From an uncultured Eubacteriales bacterium (lineage in GTDB: Bacteria > Acidobacteriota > Aminicenantia > Aminicenantales > UBA4085), in the NCBI GenBank assembly GCA_964537875.1, contig CAZIDN010000006.1, positions 30,874 to 94,873 on the forward strand: a stretch of DNA of 64,000 nucleotides. Reading direction: 5' to 3'. Positions 28,376 through 37,610 of the stretch are shown here, piece after piece (positions within the stretch are counted from its first letter, which is position 1; each line of letters starts with the position of its first letter). Made by a program: the position numbers and the translations under genes. The notes beneath the pieces are model-generated. The model was not told the origin of the DNA, made no database searches, and saw only the letters and a list, made by a program, of their open reading frames with translations.

Positions 28376-29593
28376 ATGAGTTTTGAATCTTTCATCGCCA
28401 GGCGGTATTTAACCGCGAAGAGGAAGCAGGCCTTCATCTCGGTCATCACCTTTATTTCCATCCTGGGCATCGCCATCGGCGTCATGGCCCTCATCATCGC
28501 CATCTCCTTGATCACGGGCTTCCAGAGAGACGTCCAGGCCAAAATCCTCGGAGCGACGTCGCACCTCATGGTCCAGGATCTCGTCGATGACGGGCTGCCG
28601 GATTATGCCAAGATCATGGAAAGAATCCATGGGCTCAAAGGGGTCAAGTCCGTCTCTCCCATCGTCCTGAGTTGGACCTTGATCACCGGACCTTCGAAAA
28701 CCCAGCCGGCCATGCTCAAGGGCATGGATTTTGCCCTGGAAAAAAGGCAATCGCCATGGATCCGCGAGTTGGAAAGCGGGCAAATCCCGCCGGAGACGGG
28801 TAGGGAGGGCATCCTTCTCGGACATGACCTGTCCTTGAGCCTCGGCGCAGGCATCGGGGATGTGGTGACTGTTGTCGCGGCTTCGACGAGCCTATCGCCC
28901 ATGGGCCTCATGACCAAACGGAAGCGTTTTCTGGTCACGGGGATCTTTGCCACCGGCCTCTTTGAGTTTGATAACTCCACGGCGCTCATGGCGCTTCCAT
29001 CCGCCCAGAAATTTTTCGGGCTCGAAGACCGGGTGAGCTATCTCCAAGTCATGATCGAAAAGATCTTCGCGGCGCCGAAATTCAAAGAAGATTTGAGATC
29101 CGTCCTGCCGCCGACGGTCCATGTCACGACGTGGATGGAGCTCAACAGGCCCCTCTTCTCGGCCCTCAAGCTCGAAAAAAACCTCCTCTTCCTGACCATC
29201 GCCCTGATCGTCTTCGTGGCTTCGCTCAATATCATCGCCACCTTGATCCTCATGGTCATGGAGAAAACCAGGGATATCGGCATCCTGATCGCCATGGGAG
29301 CGACATCCCGGAACATCAGAAAGATTTTCTTCCTCCAGGGATCCTTGATCGGAGTGATCGGAACGGCCGCGGGGACCGCCCTCGGCCTGCTCTGGTGCGT
29401 TCTGGCCAACGCCTTCAAGCTGATCAAGGTCCCCGTCGACATCTACCAGATCTCCTATGTCCCTTTTCATATCAACCTCCTGGATCTCGTCCTGATCATC
29501 GGCGTCTCGCTCCTGATCAGCTTTCTCTCGACCCTATTCCCTTCGCACCGGGCCTCCAAGGTCGACCCGGTCGTGGCCTTGAAATATGAGTAA
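28376..29593 (+). CDS. Lipoprotein-releasing system transmembrane subunit, LolC/LolE family
   Basis: FtsX-type permease beginning MSFESFIARRYL (LolC/E N-terminus) with a periplasmic domain between TM1 and TM2; immediately upstream of lolD. Confidence 0.75.
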   Translation: MSFESFIARRYLTAKRKQAFISVITFISILGIAIGVMALIIAISLITGFQRDVQAKILGATSHLMVQDLVDDGLPDYAKIMERIHGLKGVKSVSPIVLSWTLITGPSKTQPAMLKGMDFALEKRQSPWIRELESGQIPPETGREGILLGHDLSLSLGAGIGDVVTVVAASTSLSPMGLMTKRKRFLVTGIFATGLFEFDNSTALMALPSAQKFFGLEDRVSYLQVMIEKIFAAPKFKEDLRSVLPPTVHVTTWMELNRPLFSALKLEKNLLFLTIALIVFVASLNIIATLILMVMEKTRDIGILIAMGATSRNIRKIFFLQGSLIGVIGTAAGTALGLLWCVLANAFKLIKVPVDIYQISYVPFHINLLDLVLIIGVSLLISFLSTLFPSHRASKVDPVVALKYE

Positions 29594-30266
29594 CCTTCTG
29601 CGCGCCGCCAACCTCGGCAAGGAATATCCTTTGCCCAACGGCGTCCTCCAGGTTTTTCGGGGCTTGAATTTTGAGCTCGAGGCGGGCGACGCCGTGGCCA
29701 TCATGGGCGCTTCCGGCGTCGGGAAGACGACCCTGCTGAACTTGCTGGGGGCGCTGGACCGGCCGTCCGAGGGAACGGTCTTTCTCGATGAGGAAGACCT
29801 TTTCGCCAGGGATGAGAAAGAGCTGGCCCGGATCCGCAACCGGAAAATCGGGTTTGTTTTTCAGTTTTACCATCTTCTTCCGGAATTCACGACTCTGGAA
29901 AACGTCGGGCTTCCGCTCATGATCAGGGGCGTCGATAAGCGCGAAGCCTTGGCCCGGAGCTCAAAAATCCTGAAAGAGGTGTTACTGGAGGACAAAGCCC
30001 AGCTCAGGCCGTCCCAGCTTTCCGGAGGAGAACAGCAGAGGATTGCCGTAGCCCGGGCCTTGGTCAATGAGCCGAAGCTGCTGCTGGCCGACGAGCCCAC
30101 CGGGAACCTGGACTGGAAAACGGGCGAGCATATCCTCGAGCTCCTCCTGGACCTGCACGACAAGCGGGGCTTGTCTTCGATCATCGTCACCCACAACGAT
30201 AAAGTGGCCCGTTTCTGCCGGAGACGCTACGTCATGGAACGCGGCGAATTGAAACTTTTCCCCTGA
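29586..30266 (+). CDS. lolD: Lipoprotein-releasing system ATP-binding protein
   Basis: Walker A GASGVGKTT, signature LSGGEQQRIAVARAL, Walker B LLLADEPTGNLD; overlaps lolC/E by 8 nt. Confidence 0.8.
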   Translation: MSNLLRAANLGKEYPLPNGVLQVFRGLNFELEAGDAVAIMGASGVGKTTLLNLLGALDRPSEGTVFLDEEDLFARDEKELARIRNRKIGFVFQFYHLLPEFTTLENVGLPLMIRGVDKREALARSSKILKEVLLEDKAQLRPSQLSGGEQQRIAVARALVNEPKLLLADEPTGNLDWKTGEHILELLLDLHDKRGLSSIIVTHNDKVARFCRRRYVMERGELKLFP

Positions 30267-30363
30267 TTTCCAAGTTAGAACAATTGGCGAGCGACCAGGA
30301 GAGCTCCGGATATGCATCCCTGCAAGTGATTTCAAAGAGGCCTTGGCATTGCCCCTGAAGCCT

Positions 30364-30424
30364 CCATAGCGGAGGGGGGCCCCGTCGAATTCTCGACGGG
30401 GGGAACCGACGGGACTGGTTCCCC
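30364..30424. repeat. Copy D: about 60-bp miniature derivative of the self-complementary element
   Basis: atagcggaggggggcccc ... gacgggactggttcccc are the two ends of copy A joined by a perfect ccccgtcga-ATTC-tcgacgggg hairpin (GAATTC core). Confidence 0.6.
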
Positions 30425-30536
30425 AGGAGGCGCAGGGGCAATGCCAAGGCCGATTGGAAATCACGTGACCGGAAATGCTTTCCAGGCCCCCGAAGTCTTT
30501 GAAAAAAAATGCCCGTTATGGTATAAGGAAAAAGAC

Positions 30537-32873
30537 ATGAAAAAATGGATTTTAAGCCTTTTCTTGCTTTTAGTCCCCAGCCTCGGCTTTGGCCAGGAGC
30601 TTGTCGATAAGATCGAGATCATCGGGATCGACAGGGTGAGCCGGGAGACCGTGTTGTATTACCTGACCACCAGGGAGGGCGATTATTTCAGCGACGAGCT
30701 GTTGAAAAAAGATTTCCAGGTTCTCTGGTCGACGGGCTTTTTCTCCAATATTAAAATAGAGCAGCAGGAGGGGGCCAAGGGAAAGACCATCAGGATCATT
30801 CTCGAGGAAAACCCGGTGGTCAAGACGATCGCCTATAAGACCGGAAAAAAGGTCAAGGAAGACGACATCGTCAACAAGCTGAAGGAGAAAGACGAATACA
30901 TCCTGCCCTATTCCTACTACAGCCCCTACAAGATCCAGAAAGTCAAACGGACCATCGAGGATCTTCTGACCGAGAAGGGCCTTGTCGCGGCCAAAGTCGA
31001 GGTTGATACGGCCAAGAAGGCCAAGAACGAGCTCGACGTCCTGTTCAGGATCGATGAGGGTCCGAAGGTGAGGGTCGGGGACGTGGAGTTTGTCGGCAGG
31101 CCCAAGCTCCCCCAGGGCCTCCTCCGGGAAGCCCTGAAGGACAATAAGCCCCACAGCCTCTTCTCCTGGGTGTCCGGCAAGGATGTTTACAAGCAGCCCA
31201 AGCTCGCCGATGACCTGACCGCGGTCAAGAAGAGATACCAGGAAAAGGGCTATATGGAGGCCGTGATCGGCGAGCCGAAGGTCGAGATGATCTCCAGGCG
31301 GTCGTTTTTGCCGTTCTGGAAAAAGCAGACGATGATGAAGATCACCGTCCCGGTCAACTCCGGCTACCTCTATAAAGTCGGAGAGGTCAAGGTCGAGGGG
31401 AACAAGGCCTTTGCCACGCAGGGCATTTTGAACCTCATCAAGCTGAAAAAAGGCGAGATCTACAGCACCAAGGTCCGGGAAAAGAGCGTCGAGGACATCG
31501 GCGAGCTGCTGAGAAACTTCAGCTTCTGGTACGGCCAGGTCATCCCCGTGGAAAACCTGGACCCGAAGAACAAAGTCGTCAACGTCACCTACAATATCGA
31601 CGAAGGGGAGCCGACCTATCTCCATAGGCTGGAATTCAAGGGGAACATTTTCACCAAAGACAAGGTCATCCGGAGGGAAATGCTCATCCAGGAGGGATCC
31701 CGGTTCAGCCTGGCCCTGTTCAAGGACAGTATCCTGCGGATCAAGCAGCTGGGGCTCGTCGACGTGGAAAAGGACCCCGACATCAAGCCCTCGCCGACGG
31801 ATCGGACCCAGTTCGACGTCACCGTGAACGTCAAAGAGCTGCAGCGGAACAACATCCAGTTCACGGCCGGATACTCCGGCTACGAGGGGACGTTCGTCGC
31901 CGTCAGCTATTCGACGGTCAATTTCCTGGGGGCGGGGGAGACCCTGGAGCTCTCGGCCCAGTACGGGAAGCGCATCCGAAACTATTCCTTCGGTTTTTCC
32001 GAGCCCTATTTCCTGGATTATCCCATCAGCCTGGGTTTCAACCTCTATGACCGGTTCCAGGTCTATCCCTACATCTATGACCGAAAAGACCGGGGAATCG
32101 ATCTCACGACGGGGGCGAGGATCATCGGGAATTGGCGCGGCAGCTTAACCTACAGCTTCCAGTTCATCGATATCAGCCTGCCTTCCATCCAAGAGGGCGA
32201 CGAGTCCGGCTATCTCTCTTCTTATTATAGCGCGATGTATTACGGCTCGATGGGGATTGGCAGATATAACATGAGCTCTCTCAATCCGTCGATCTACCGG
32301 TCGACGATCGACAGTCCCCTGACGCCGACCCGAGGGACCTTGTATTTGGCTTCTCTCAGGTATGCCGGGACATTCCTGGGCGGCGAGATCCATCTCTACA
32401 AGCCGCGTCTTGAATTTACCCACTTCCAACCGATCGCCAAAAACCACACGCTCGGTTTTCATATCGAATATAGCTTCATCAAGCCTCTCCGAAACTCTCA
32501 AGTCCCTTTTTGGGAAAAGTTCTTCCTCGGCGGGGAGCGGAATATCCGCGGCTATGAGATCTACACCATCGGTCCGCGGGATTCCGATGGGCAGCTCACC
32601 GGCGGCGAGAAGCAGGTCGTCATCAATGCCGAATATATCCTGCAGGTCGGCGGTCCGCTTTACCTGATCGCCTTCTATGACCGGGGCAATGCCTATGACC
32701 GGGGCCAGGCCGTGAGCCTCAAGAACATGTACTCCTCGGCGGGTCTGGAGGCCCGGATCTTCGTCCCCGCCCTGCGAGTTCCTTTCCGGTTGATTTTCTC
32801 GTATAATAACAGGCGGATCTATAGCGATGATTCCAATTTTGCATTTCGGTTTGCTATTGGAACCACGTTTTAG
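30537..32873 (+). CDS. bamA: Outer membrane protein assembly factor BamA
   Basis: Signal peptide, five POTRA-like repeats, C-terminal 16-strand barrel ending ...FRFAIGTTF. Start at the ATG 30537 (the 810-aa ORF from 30441 runs through repeat copy D). Confidence 0.85.
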   Translation: MKKWILSLFLLLVPSLGFGQELVDKIEIIGIDRVSRETVLYYLTTREGDYFSDELLKKDFQVLWSTGFFSNIKIEQQEGAKGKTIRIILEENPVVKTIAYKTGKKVKEDDIVNKLKEKDEYILPYSYYSPYKIQKVKRTIEDLLTEKGLVAAKVEVDTAKKAKNELDVLFRIDEGPKVRVGDVEFVGRPKLPQGLLREALKDNKPHSLFSWVSGKDVYKQPKLADDLTAVKKRYQEKGYMEAVIGEPKVEMISRRSFLPFWKKQTMMKITVPVNSGYLYKVGEVKVEGNKAFATQGILNLIKLKKGEIYSTKVREKSVEDIGELLRNFSFWYGQVIPVENLDPKNKVVNVTYNIDEGEPTYLHRLEFKGNIFTKDKVIRREMLIQEGSRFSLALFKDSILRIKQLGLVDVEKDPDIKPSPTDRTQFDVTVNVKELQRNNIQFTAGYSGYEGTFVAVSYSTVNFLGAGETLELSAQYGKRIRNYSFGFSEPYFLDYPISLGFNLYDRFQVYPYIYDRKDRGIDLTTGARIIGNWRGSLTYSFQFIDISLPSIQEGDESGYLSSYYSAMYYGSMGIGRYNMSSLNPSIYRSTIDSPLTPTRGTLYLASLRYAGTFLGGEIHLYKPRLEFTHFQPIAKNHTLGFHIEYSFIKPLRNSQVPFWEKFFLGGERNIRGYEIYTIGPRDSDGQLTGGEKQVVINAEYILQVGGPLYLIAFYDRGNAYDRGQAVSLKNMYSSAGLEARIFVPALRVPFRLIFSYNNRRIYSDDSNFAFRFAIGTTF

Positions 32874-32917
32874 AGCATAAAGGCACACATTCCAAATCAA
32901 ACATAGGAGGTCAAACG

Positions 32918-33454
32918 ATGAGGAAGACATTCACGCAGGCCGCCGGCTTGCTCATTCTCGGTTTGGGAGTCCTGGCATCTTTGGGCTATGCCCAGCAACT
33001 GAAGATCGGCGTCGTCAATTCCCAGGAAATCCTGGATCGATCGGCCGAGGGAAAAAAGGTCCTTGCCAGGCTTCAGGATTTGGACAAGCAGAACCAGGCC
33101 AGAATCACCAAGCTGGATAGCGAAATCCAACAGCTCCAAGCCCAGATCAACACCCAGCGGTTGACCCTGACCCAGGAAGCGCTCAGCCAGAAGGCGGCCG
33201 ATCTCGACAGAAAGCAGACGCAGAGGAAGCGGGATGCCGAGGACGCCTATGCCAACATGCAGGAAACGAGCAACCGTCTTCTCGGGAGAATTCAAGAGGA
33301 ACTCATTCCCATCGTCACCCAGCTCGGCAAAGAAAAGGGGCTGGATATCATTTTTGACCTGGGCAAGAGCGGAGCCGTCTATTTCAACCCGACCATCGAT
33401 GTGACCGCAGACGTCATCAAGCGCTTCGACGCTTCCAAGGCCGCCGGCAAATAG
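32918..33454 (+). CDS. skp: Periplasmic chaperone OmpH/Skp
   Basis: Signal peptide followed by a coiled-coil Q/K-rich 160-aa body; conserved position after bamA. Confidence 0.65.
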   Translation: MRKTFTQAAGLLILGLGVLASLGYAQQLKIGVVNSQEILDRSAEGKKVLARLQDLDKQNQARITKLDSEIQQLQAQINTQRLTLTQEALSQKAADLDRKQTQRKRDAEDAYANMQETSNRLLGRIQEELIPIVTQLGKEKGLDIIFDLGKSGAVYFNPTIDVTADVIKRFDASKAAGK

Positions 33455-33466
33455 CGGGACGGTTCC

Positions 33467-33919
33467 TTGATCAACATCGAAGGGATCCTCCAGGTTCTTC
33501 CCCACCGCTATCCCTTTCTTCTCGTCGACCGCGTTCTGAGCATGGAGCCGGGAAAGTCGATCGCCGCCCTGAAAAATGTCACCTACAATGAGCCTTTTTT
33601 CCAGGGACATTTCCCGGGAATGCGGATCATGCCCGGCGTGCTCATCGTCGAAGCCATCGCTCAGGCCGGCGGCATCCTTATCTATCATACCGTCCCGAAT
33701 CCCGAGACCAAATTCGTGCTTTTGGCCAAAATCGAAAACGCGAGGTTTCGAAAGCCCGTTATCCCCGGCGATCAGCTCAGGCTCGAGGCCGAGCTTGTCA
33801 AGCTCAAGGGCAAATTTTTGCAGCTTCATGGCAGAGCTCTGGTCGAGGGCGAGATCGTCGTCGAGGGAGATCTCATGGCCTCTCTCCTGGAAAAAGGGGA
33901 AATGAATGGGCGGAGTTGA
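33467..33919 (+). CDS. fabZ: 3-hydroxyacyl-ACP dehydratase FabZ
   Basis: LPHRYPFLLVDRV...EPFFQGHFPG...PGVLIVEAIAQ hot-dog fold signature; 150 aa. Confidence 0.85.
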   Translation: MINIEGILQVLPHRYPFLLVDRVLSMEPGKSIAALKNVTYNEPFFQGHFPGMRIMPGVLIVEAIAQAGGILIYHTVPNPETKFVLLAKIENARFRKPVIPGDQLRLEAELVKLKGKFLQLHGRALVEGEIVVEGDLMASLLEKGEMNGRS

Positions 33920-34730
33920 GGTCTCGATCCACCCTTCCTCAGCCGTCCATCCCAAGGCCGGGCTGGATTCGGGCGTGTGGATCGGCCCCTCGTGCGTCAT
34001 CGGAGAACATGTCACGATCCATAAAAACACCCGCCTGGATTCCCATGTCGTGATCGACGGCCGGACGGAAATCGGCGCCGACTGCCATTTTTCTCCGTTT
34101 TCGACGATCGGAAGCGAGCCGCAGGATGTCGGGTATCGGAACGAGGAAACGCAGGTCAAGATCGGAGACCGCAATTTTTTCCGGGAATACATCACCGTCC
34201 ACCGCGGGACGGCCAAAGGAGGGGGGCTGACCGAAATCGGCAGCGATAATTATTTCATGGCGTATGCCCATATCGGCCACGACTGCCGGGTTGGGAGCCA
34301 GACCGTTTTCACCAACGCCGCCACGCTGGGAGGGCATGTCGTCGTCGAGGACCACGCCTACCTCAGCGCTTTCTGCGGCGTCCACCAGTTCTGCCGGATC
34401 GGCAAACACGCCTTCATCGGCGGCTTCTCGGTGATCACCCAGGACGTCCTGCCGTTCTGCCGCGTGGCGGGCATGCGGCCGATCCATATCTATGGATTGA
34501 ATGTCATCGGCCTGCGTCGCAAAGGATATTCCAACGCAAGAATCGCGGCCTTGAAGGAAATGTTCAGGCTGATCTTCTATGTGGACTTGAACACGACCCA
34601 GGCCCTGGAAAAAATCCAATCGCAGTTTCCCCCCGGGGAAGACCGCGATGAAATCATTAAATTCATACAATCTTCCAAAAGAGGCATCATCAAAAAGACG
34701 ACGGACCAATGGGAACTCGAATTGGCATGA
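33906..34730 (+). CDS. lpxA: Acyl-ACP--UDP-N-acetylglucosamine O-acyltransferase LpxA
   Basis: Left-handed beta-helix hexapeptide repeats and the LpxA C-terminal helical domain; 274 aa. Confidence 0.8.
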   Translation: MGGVEVSIHPSSAVHPKAGLDSGVWIGPSCVIGEHVTIHKNTRLDSHVVIDGRTEIGADCHFSPFSTIGSEPQDVGYRNEETQVKIGDRNFFREYITVHRGTAKGGGLTEIGSDNYFMAYAHIGHDCRVGSQTVFTNAATLGGHVVVEDHAYLSAFCGVHQFCRIGKHAFIGGFSVITQDVLPFCRVAGMRPIHIYGLNVIGLRRKGYSNARIAALKEMFRLIFYVDLNTTQALEKIQSQFPPGEDRDEIIKFIQSSKRGIIKKTTDQWELELA

Positions 34731-35515
34731 TTGCGGGATCAGGGGGATTTCCCCTGGAGGCGCTCGAGGAAGCGACGCGGCTGGGCTATGCCTGCGTTGT
34801 CGCCGGACTCCGGGGCGAGGCTGTCCCTGACCTGGAAGCCAAAGCGGAGACCTTCGCTTGGTTCGAGCTGGGGGACATCCAGAAGCTCGTGTCATTTTTT
34901 AAAAAGCAAGACGTCCGGGACGTGGTGATGCTCGGCAAGGTCGATCCTCGGGCCATCTACACCAAGCCGGGCTTGGACGATGCGGCCGGGCTGGTCCTGG
35001 CCTGGGTGAGGGACAAGACTCCGACATCGCTGTTCAAAGCGCTCATTGAATTCCTCGAGGGGCAGGGAATTTCCGTCAAGGATCCCTCGTTTCTCCTCCA
35101 AGCGTATTTTTATCCGGAGGGCGTGCTCACCGGTGGCCCACCGGCGCCGGATGTCCTGGGGGACATTGATTTCGGATGGAAGATCGCCAAGACCATTGCC
35201 GACCTGGATCTCGGGCAGACGGTCGTCATCAAGGACCGGGTCGTCGTGGCCGTGGAAGGCATGGAGGGCACGGACGAGACGATCAAAAGGGGAGGACGGC
35301 TGGCCGGAAAGGGCATCGTCGTGGTCAAAGTCGGCCGTTCCGCCCAGGATATGAGGATCGATGTCCCGGCCGCCGGGATTGAAACCCTGAGGAATCTGGT
35401 CAGAGTGAAAGCTGCGGCCCTCTGTATCGAAGCCGGCAAAGTGCCTCTTTTCCAGAAGGACGAAGTCATCACCTTGGCCAAGGCCAACGGCATCGCCGTG
35501 ATCGTAAAGAAATAA
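34727..35515 (+). CDS. lpxI: UDP-2,3-diacylglucosamine hydrolase LpxI-like (DUF1009)
   Basis: ATGA overlap with the lpxA stop; N-terminus MIAGSGGFPLE... and the DUF1009 pattern; 262 aa. Confidence 0.55.
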   Translation: MIAGSGGFPLEALEEATRLGYACVVAGLRGEAVPDLEAKAETFAWFELGDIQKLVSFFKKQDVRDVVMLGKVDPRAIYTKPGLDDAAGLVLAWVRDKTPTSLFKALIEFLEGQGISVKDPSFLLQAYFYPEGVLTGGPPAPDVLGDIDFGWKIAKTIADLDLGQTVVIKDRVVVAVEGMEGTDETIKRGGRLAGKGIVVVKVGRSAQDMRIDVPAAGIETLRNLVRVKAAALCIEAGKVPLFQKDEVITLAKANGIAVIVKK

Positions 35516-35520
35516 CGAGC

Positions 35521-35705
35521 GGTTCCCCGTGGCAAGCCACGGGGAACCGCTCGAGAGGGATCCAAGGGGGAGTCGCCCCCTTGGTCGCAGGGCGCGGGTT
35601 CATGCCTCGCCCGAGAAGGGGAGGCAGGGCCGCCGGGTGTTCCCGGCGCCCGTTGGAAGGAGTCTTCCCCTCCAAATTGGCGCTTCGGCCCAGGCCGGTT
35701 GTAGA
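35521..35705. repeat. Copy E: divergent hairpin-chain element related to the repeat family
   Basis: Perfect hairpins ggttccccgtgg-caag-ccacggggaacc and ccaaggggg-agtcg-cccccttgg. Shares a 40-nt block with the family (ggcagggccgccgggtgttcccggcgcccgttggaagg). The inner stem carries a compensatory CG/GC swap relative to copies B/A (GGCGGG...CCGCC vs GCCGGG...CCGGC). Confidence 0.55.
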
Positions 35706-35711
35706 AAAATC

Positions 35712-36635
35712 ATGGACATGGACAAAGTCAAGGTCGGAATCATCGGCGTCGGATATCTGGGCATGCAGCATGCCCGGATCATCTCCTATTTGGAAGAGGC
35801 TGAGCTCAGAGCCGTGGCCGATATCGATTTCAAGAAAGCTTTGGAGATCGGGAACCGCCACGGCGTGAAGTACTTCCAGAATTATGAGGACATGCTGGAC
35901 GAGATCGATGCCGGGATCGTCTCTACACCGACCTCCGAGCATTTCCAAATCTCCATGAACCTGCTCAAAAACGGCAAGCATGTCCTCGTTGAAAAACCGA
36001 TTACGGAAACGATCGAACAGGCCGAGCAGCTCGTCGACCTGGCCAAGAAGAACGGTCTTATCCTTCAGGTCGGGCACCTGGAGCGCTTCAACCCGGCCGT
36101 CGAAGCGGTCGAGAACATGATCTCGGAGCCCAAGTTCATCGAGGTCCAGAGGCTGGGCTCGTTCTCGGCCCGTTCGCTCGACGTCGACGTCGTCCTGGAC
36201 CTCATGATCCATGACCTGGACATCATCCTGGCCTTGATCAAGGATGAGGTCGGCGTCATCCGGTCGTCGGGCATCCACGTCCTTTCTGAGAAGATCGACA
36301 TCGCCAACGCCCGCCTGGAGTTCAAATCGGGCTGCGTGGCCACCCTGACGGCCAGTCGGGTTCATCAGGGCAAGGTCCGCAAACTGAGAATCTTTGAGCC
36401 CACTTCCTATTATTCCATCGATTACATCGACCAGGAAGTCAAGGTGTTCCCGCTGAGCGGACGGCAGACCGATATCAAGACGCTGAAGATCAAGAAGGAA
36501 GAGCCGCTGAAGAAGGAGCTCGAGAATTTCCTGCGCTGCCAGGCCGAGGGTAGACCGGGAAAGGTCAGCGGCGAGGAAGGCCTCCGCGCCCTCCGACTGG
36601 CCTATGATGTCTTGAAGGAAATCGAAACTACTTGA
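35712..36635 (+). CDS. Gfo/Idh/MocA-family NAD(P)-dependent oxidoreductase
   Basis: N-terminal Rossmann GIIGVGYLGMQH..., EKP motif (HVLVEKPITE); 307 aa. Confidence 0.75.
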   Translation: MDMDKVKVGIIGVGYLGMQHARIISYLEEAELRAVADIDFKKALEIGNRHGVKYFQNYEDMLDEIDAGIVSTPTSEHFQISMNLLKNGKHVLVEKPITETIEQAEQLVDLAKKNGLILQVGHLERFNPAVEAVENMISEPKFIEVQRLGSFSARSLDVDVVLDLMIHDLDIILALIKDEVGVIRSSGIHVLSEKIDIANARLEFKSGCVATLTASRVHQGKVRKLRIFEPTSYYSIDYIDQEVKVFPLSGRQTDIKTLKIKKEEPLKKELENFLRCQAEGRPGKVSGEEGLRALRLAYDVLKEIETT

Positions 36636-36636
36636 C

Positions 36637-36660
36637 CAGCTTGATCAGCTGATTTTTCTC
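36637..36660 (+). terminator. Short hairpin + T-run after the oxidoreductase gene
   Basis: cagct-tgatc-agctg followed by atttttctc; the stem is only 5-6 bp. Confidence 0.25.
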
Positions 36661-36772
36661 AGGGATCCCGTTCACATCCATTCCGTTGGCCACGGCCAAG
36701 GTCGGCCAAAGCTCTTTTTTCACGAAGAAGAAGGATCAGGACGGCGGCAAGAAAGCCCGTCTTTCTCATGGC

Positions 36773-37504
36773 CTATTTCGACATCTTAAAAAGGGAATCC
36801 TCGATGCCCGCGTTGAACGTGATCTTGTTGAAGGTCATTTTCACGGCTTCCGCGCCGTTCTGGAAAACGGTCATGGTGTGGGCCGCCACCGTATCGCCCT
36901 CTTTTCTGTAGTCTCCAAAAATCGTTTCCTGGTCGATCTCCATGCCCATCTGGTTGACCTTGGCTTTGGCTTTATAGATCAGGTACGTGACGGGATCGAG
37001 ATACATCGCGACTTTCTGGCCGTCGGCATAGGACTGCTCAAGAACCAGATATTCCTTGTCCTGGATTTTTTCTTTCCCCTTAAAGGCGAAAGTGATGCCG
37101 TATTTCTCGGGATTCAGAAGTGAATCATTTCCCATCGCCTGCTTTTTAAAGTCCCGGGCTTCGCTTTCGGACATCTCTGCCGCGGCCCCTCCCGCCATAG
37201 GATTGATCTGCCAGCCCTTGACTCCGTCAAAGGCCTGGGTGATGACCATGTTCTGGATTTCGATGTCCATCCTCATCTTGTCAGGCTCTTTCTGGTAGAT
37301 AGTCAGGTTTCCGCTCATACCCTGTTGGGCCAGTTCTATGTTTGCCGCGATCGTCGTGTCCTTAATGGCTGCCAGGGCTTTTCTTCCGCCCTGGGCATCG
37401 ATCATCTTGTCGAGAATCTCTTTGGTCGTCTGGCCGTAGCCCACCGCGACGGAAAGGCTGACCAGGAATAGGCCTAAAAGGCAGATCGTGAGAGTTTTTT
37501 TCAT
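36773..37504 (-). CDS. Secreted LolA-fold protein (outer-membrane lipoprotein-sorting-like)
   Basis: Signal peptide MKKTLTICLLGLFLVSLSVAVG; about 240 aa beta-rich body with the LolA-like pattern. Confidence 0.45.
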   Translation of the reverse strand: MKKTLTICLLGLFLVSLSVAVGYGQTTKEILDKMIDAQGGRKALAAIKDTTIAANIELAQQGMSGNLTIYQKEPDKMRMDIEIQNMVITQAFDGVKGWQINPMAGGAAAEMSESEARDFKKQAMGNDSLLNPEKYGITFAFKGKEKIQDKEYLVLEQSYADGQKVAMYLDPVTYLIYKAKAKVNQMGMEIDQETIFGDYRKEGDTVAAHTMTVFQNGAEAVKMTFNKITFNAGIEDSLFKMSK

Positions 37505-37610
37505 TCTGACCTCCTGTTTCATCCTAACATTCTACGGAAAAATCGGCGGATTGCCAAATAGTTTTTTGTTGAATTGATTTTGCGCCGGCAATTGTGTATT
37601 AGATAGAAAA

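Noticed and set aside
26899-28569. 556-aa minus-strand ORF antisense to lysS/lolC
   Set aside because: Antisense artefact; lysS class II motifs are unambiguous on the plus strand.
30441-30536. 5' extension of bamA ORF
   Set aside because: Runs through repeat copy D; the signal peptide and RBS sit at 30537.
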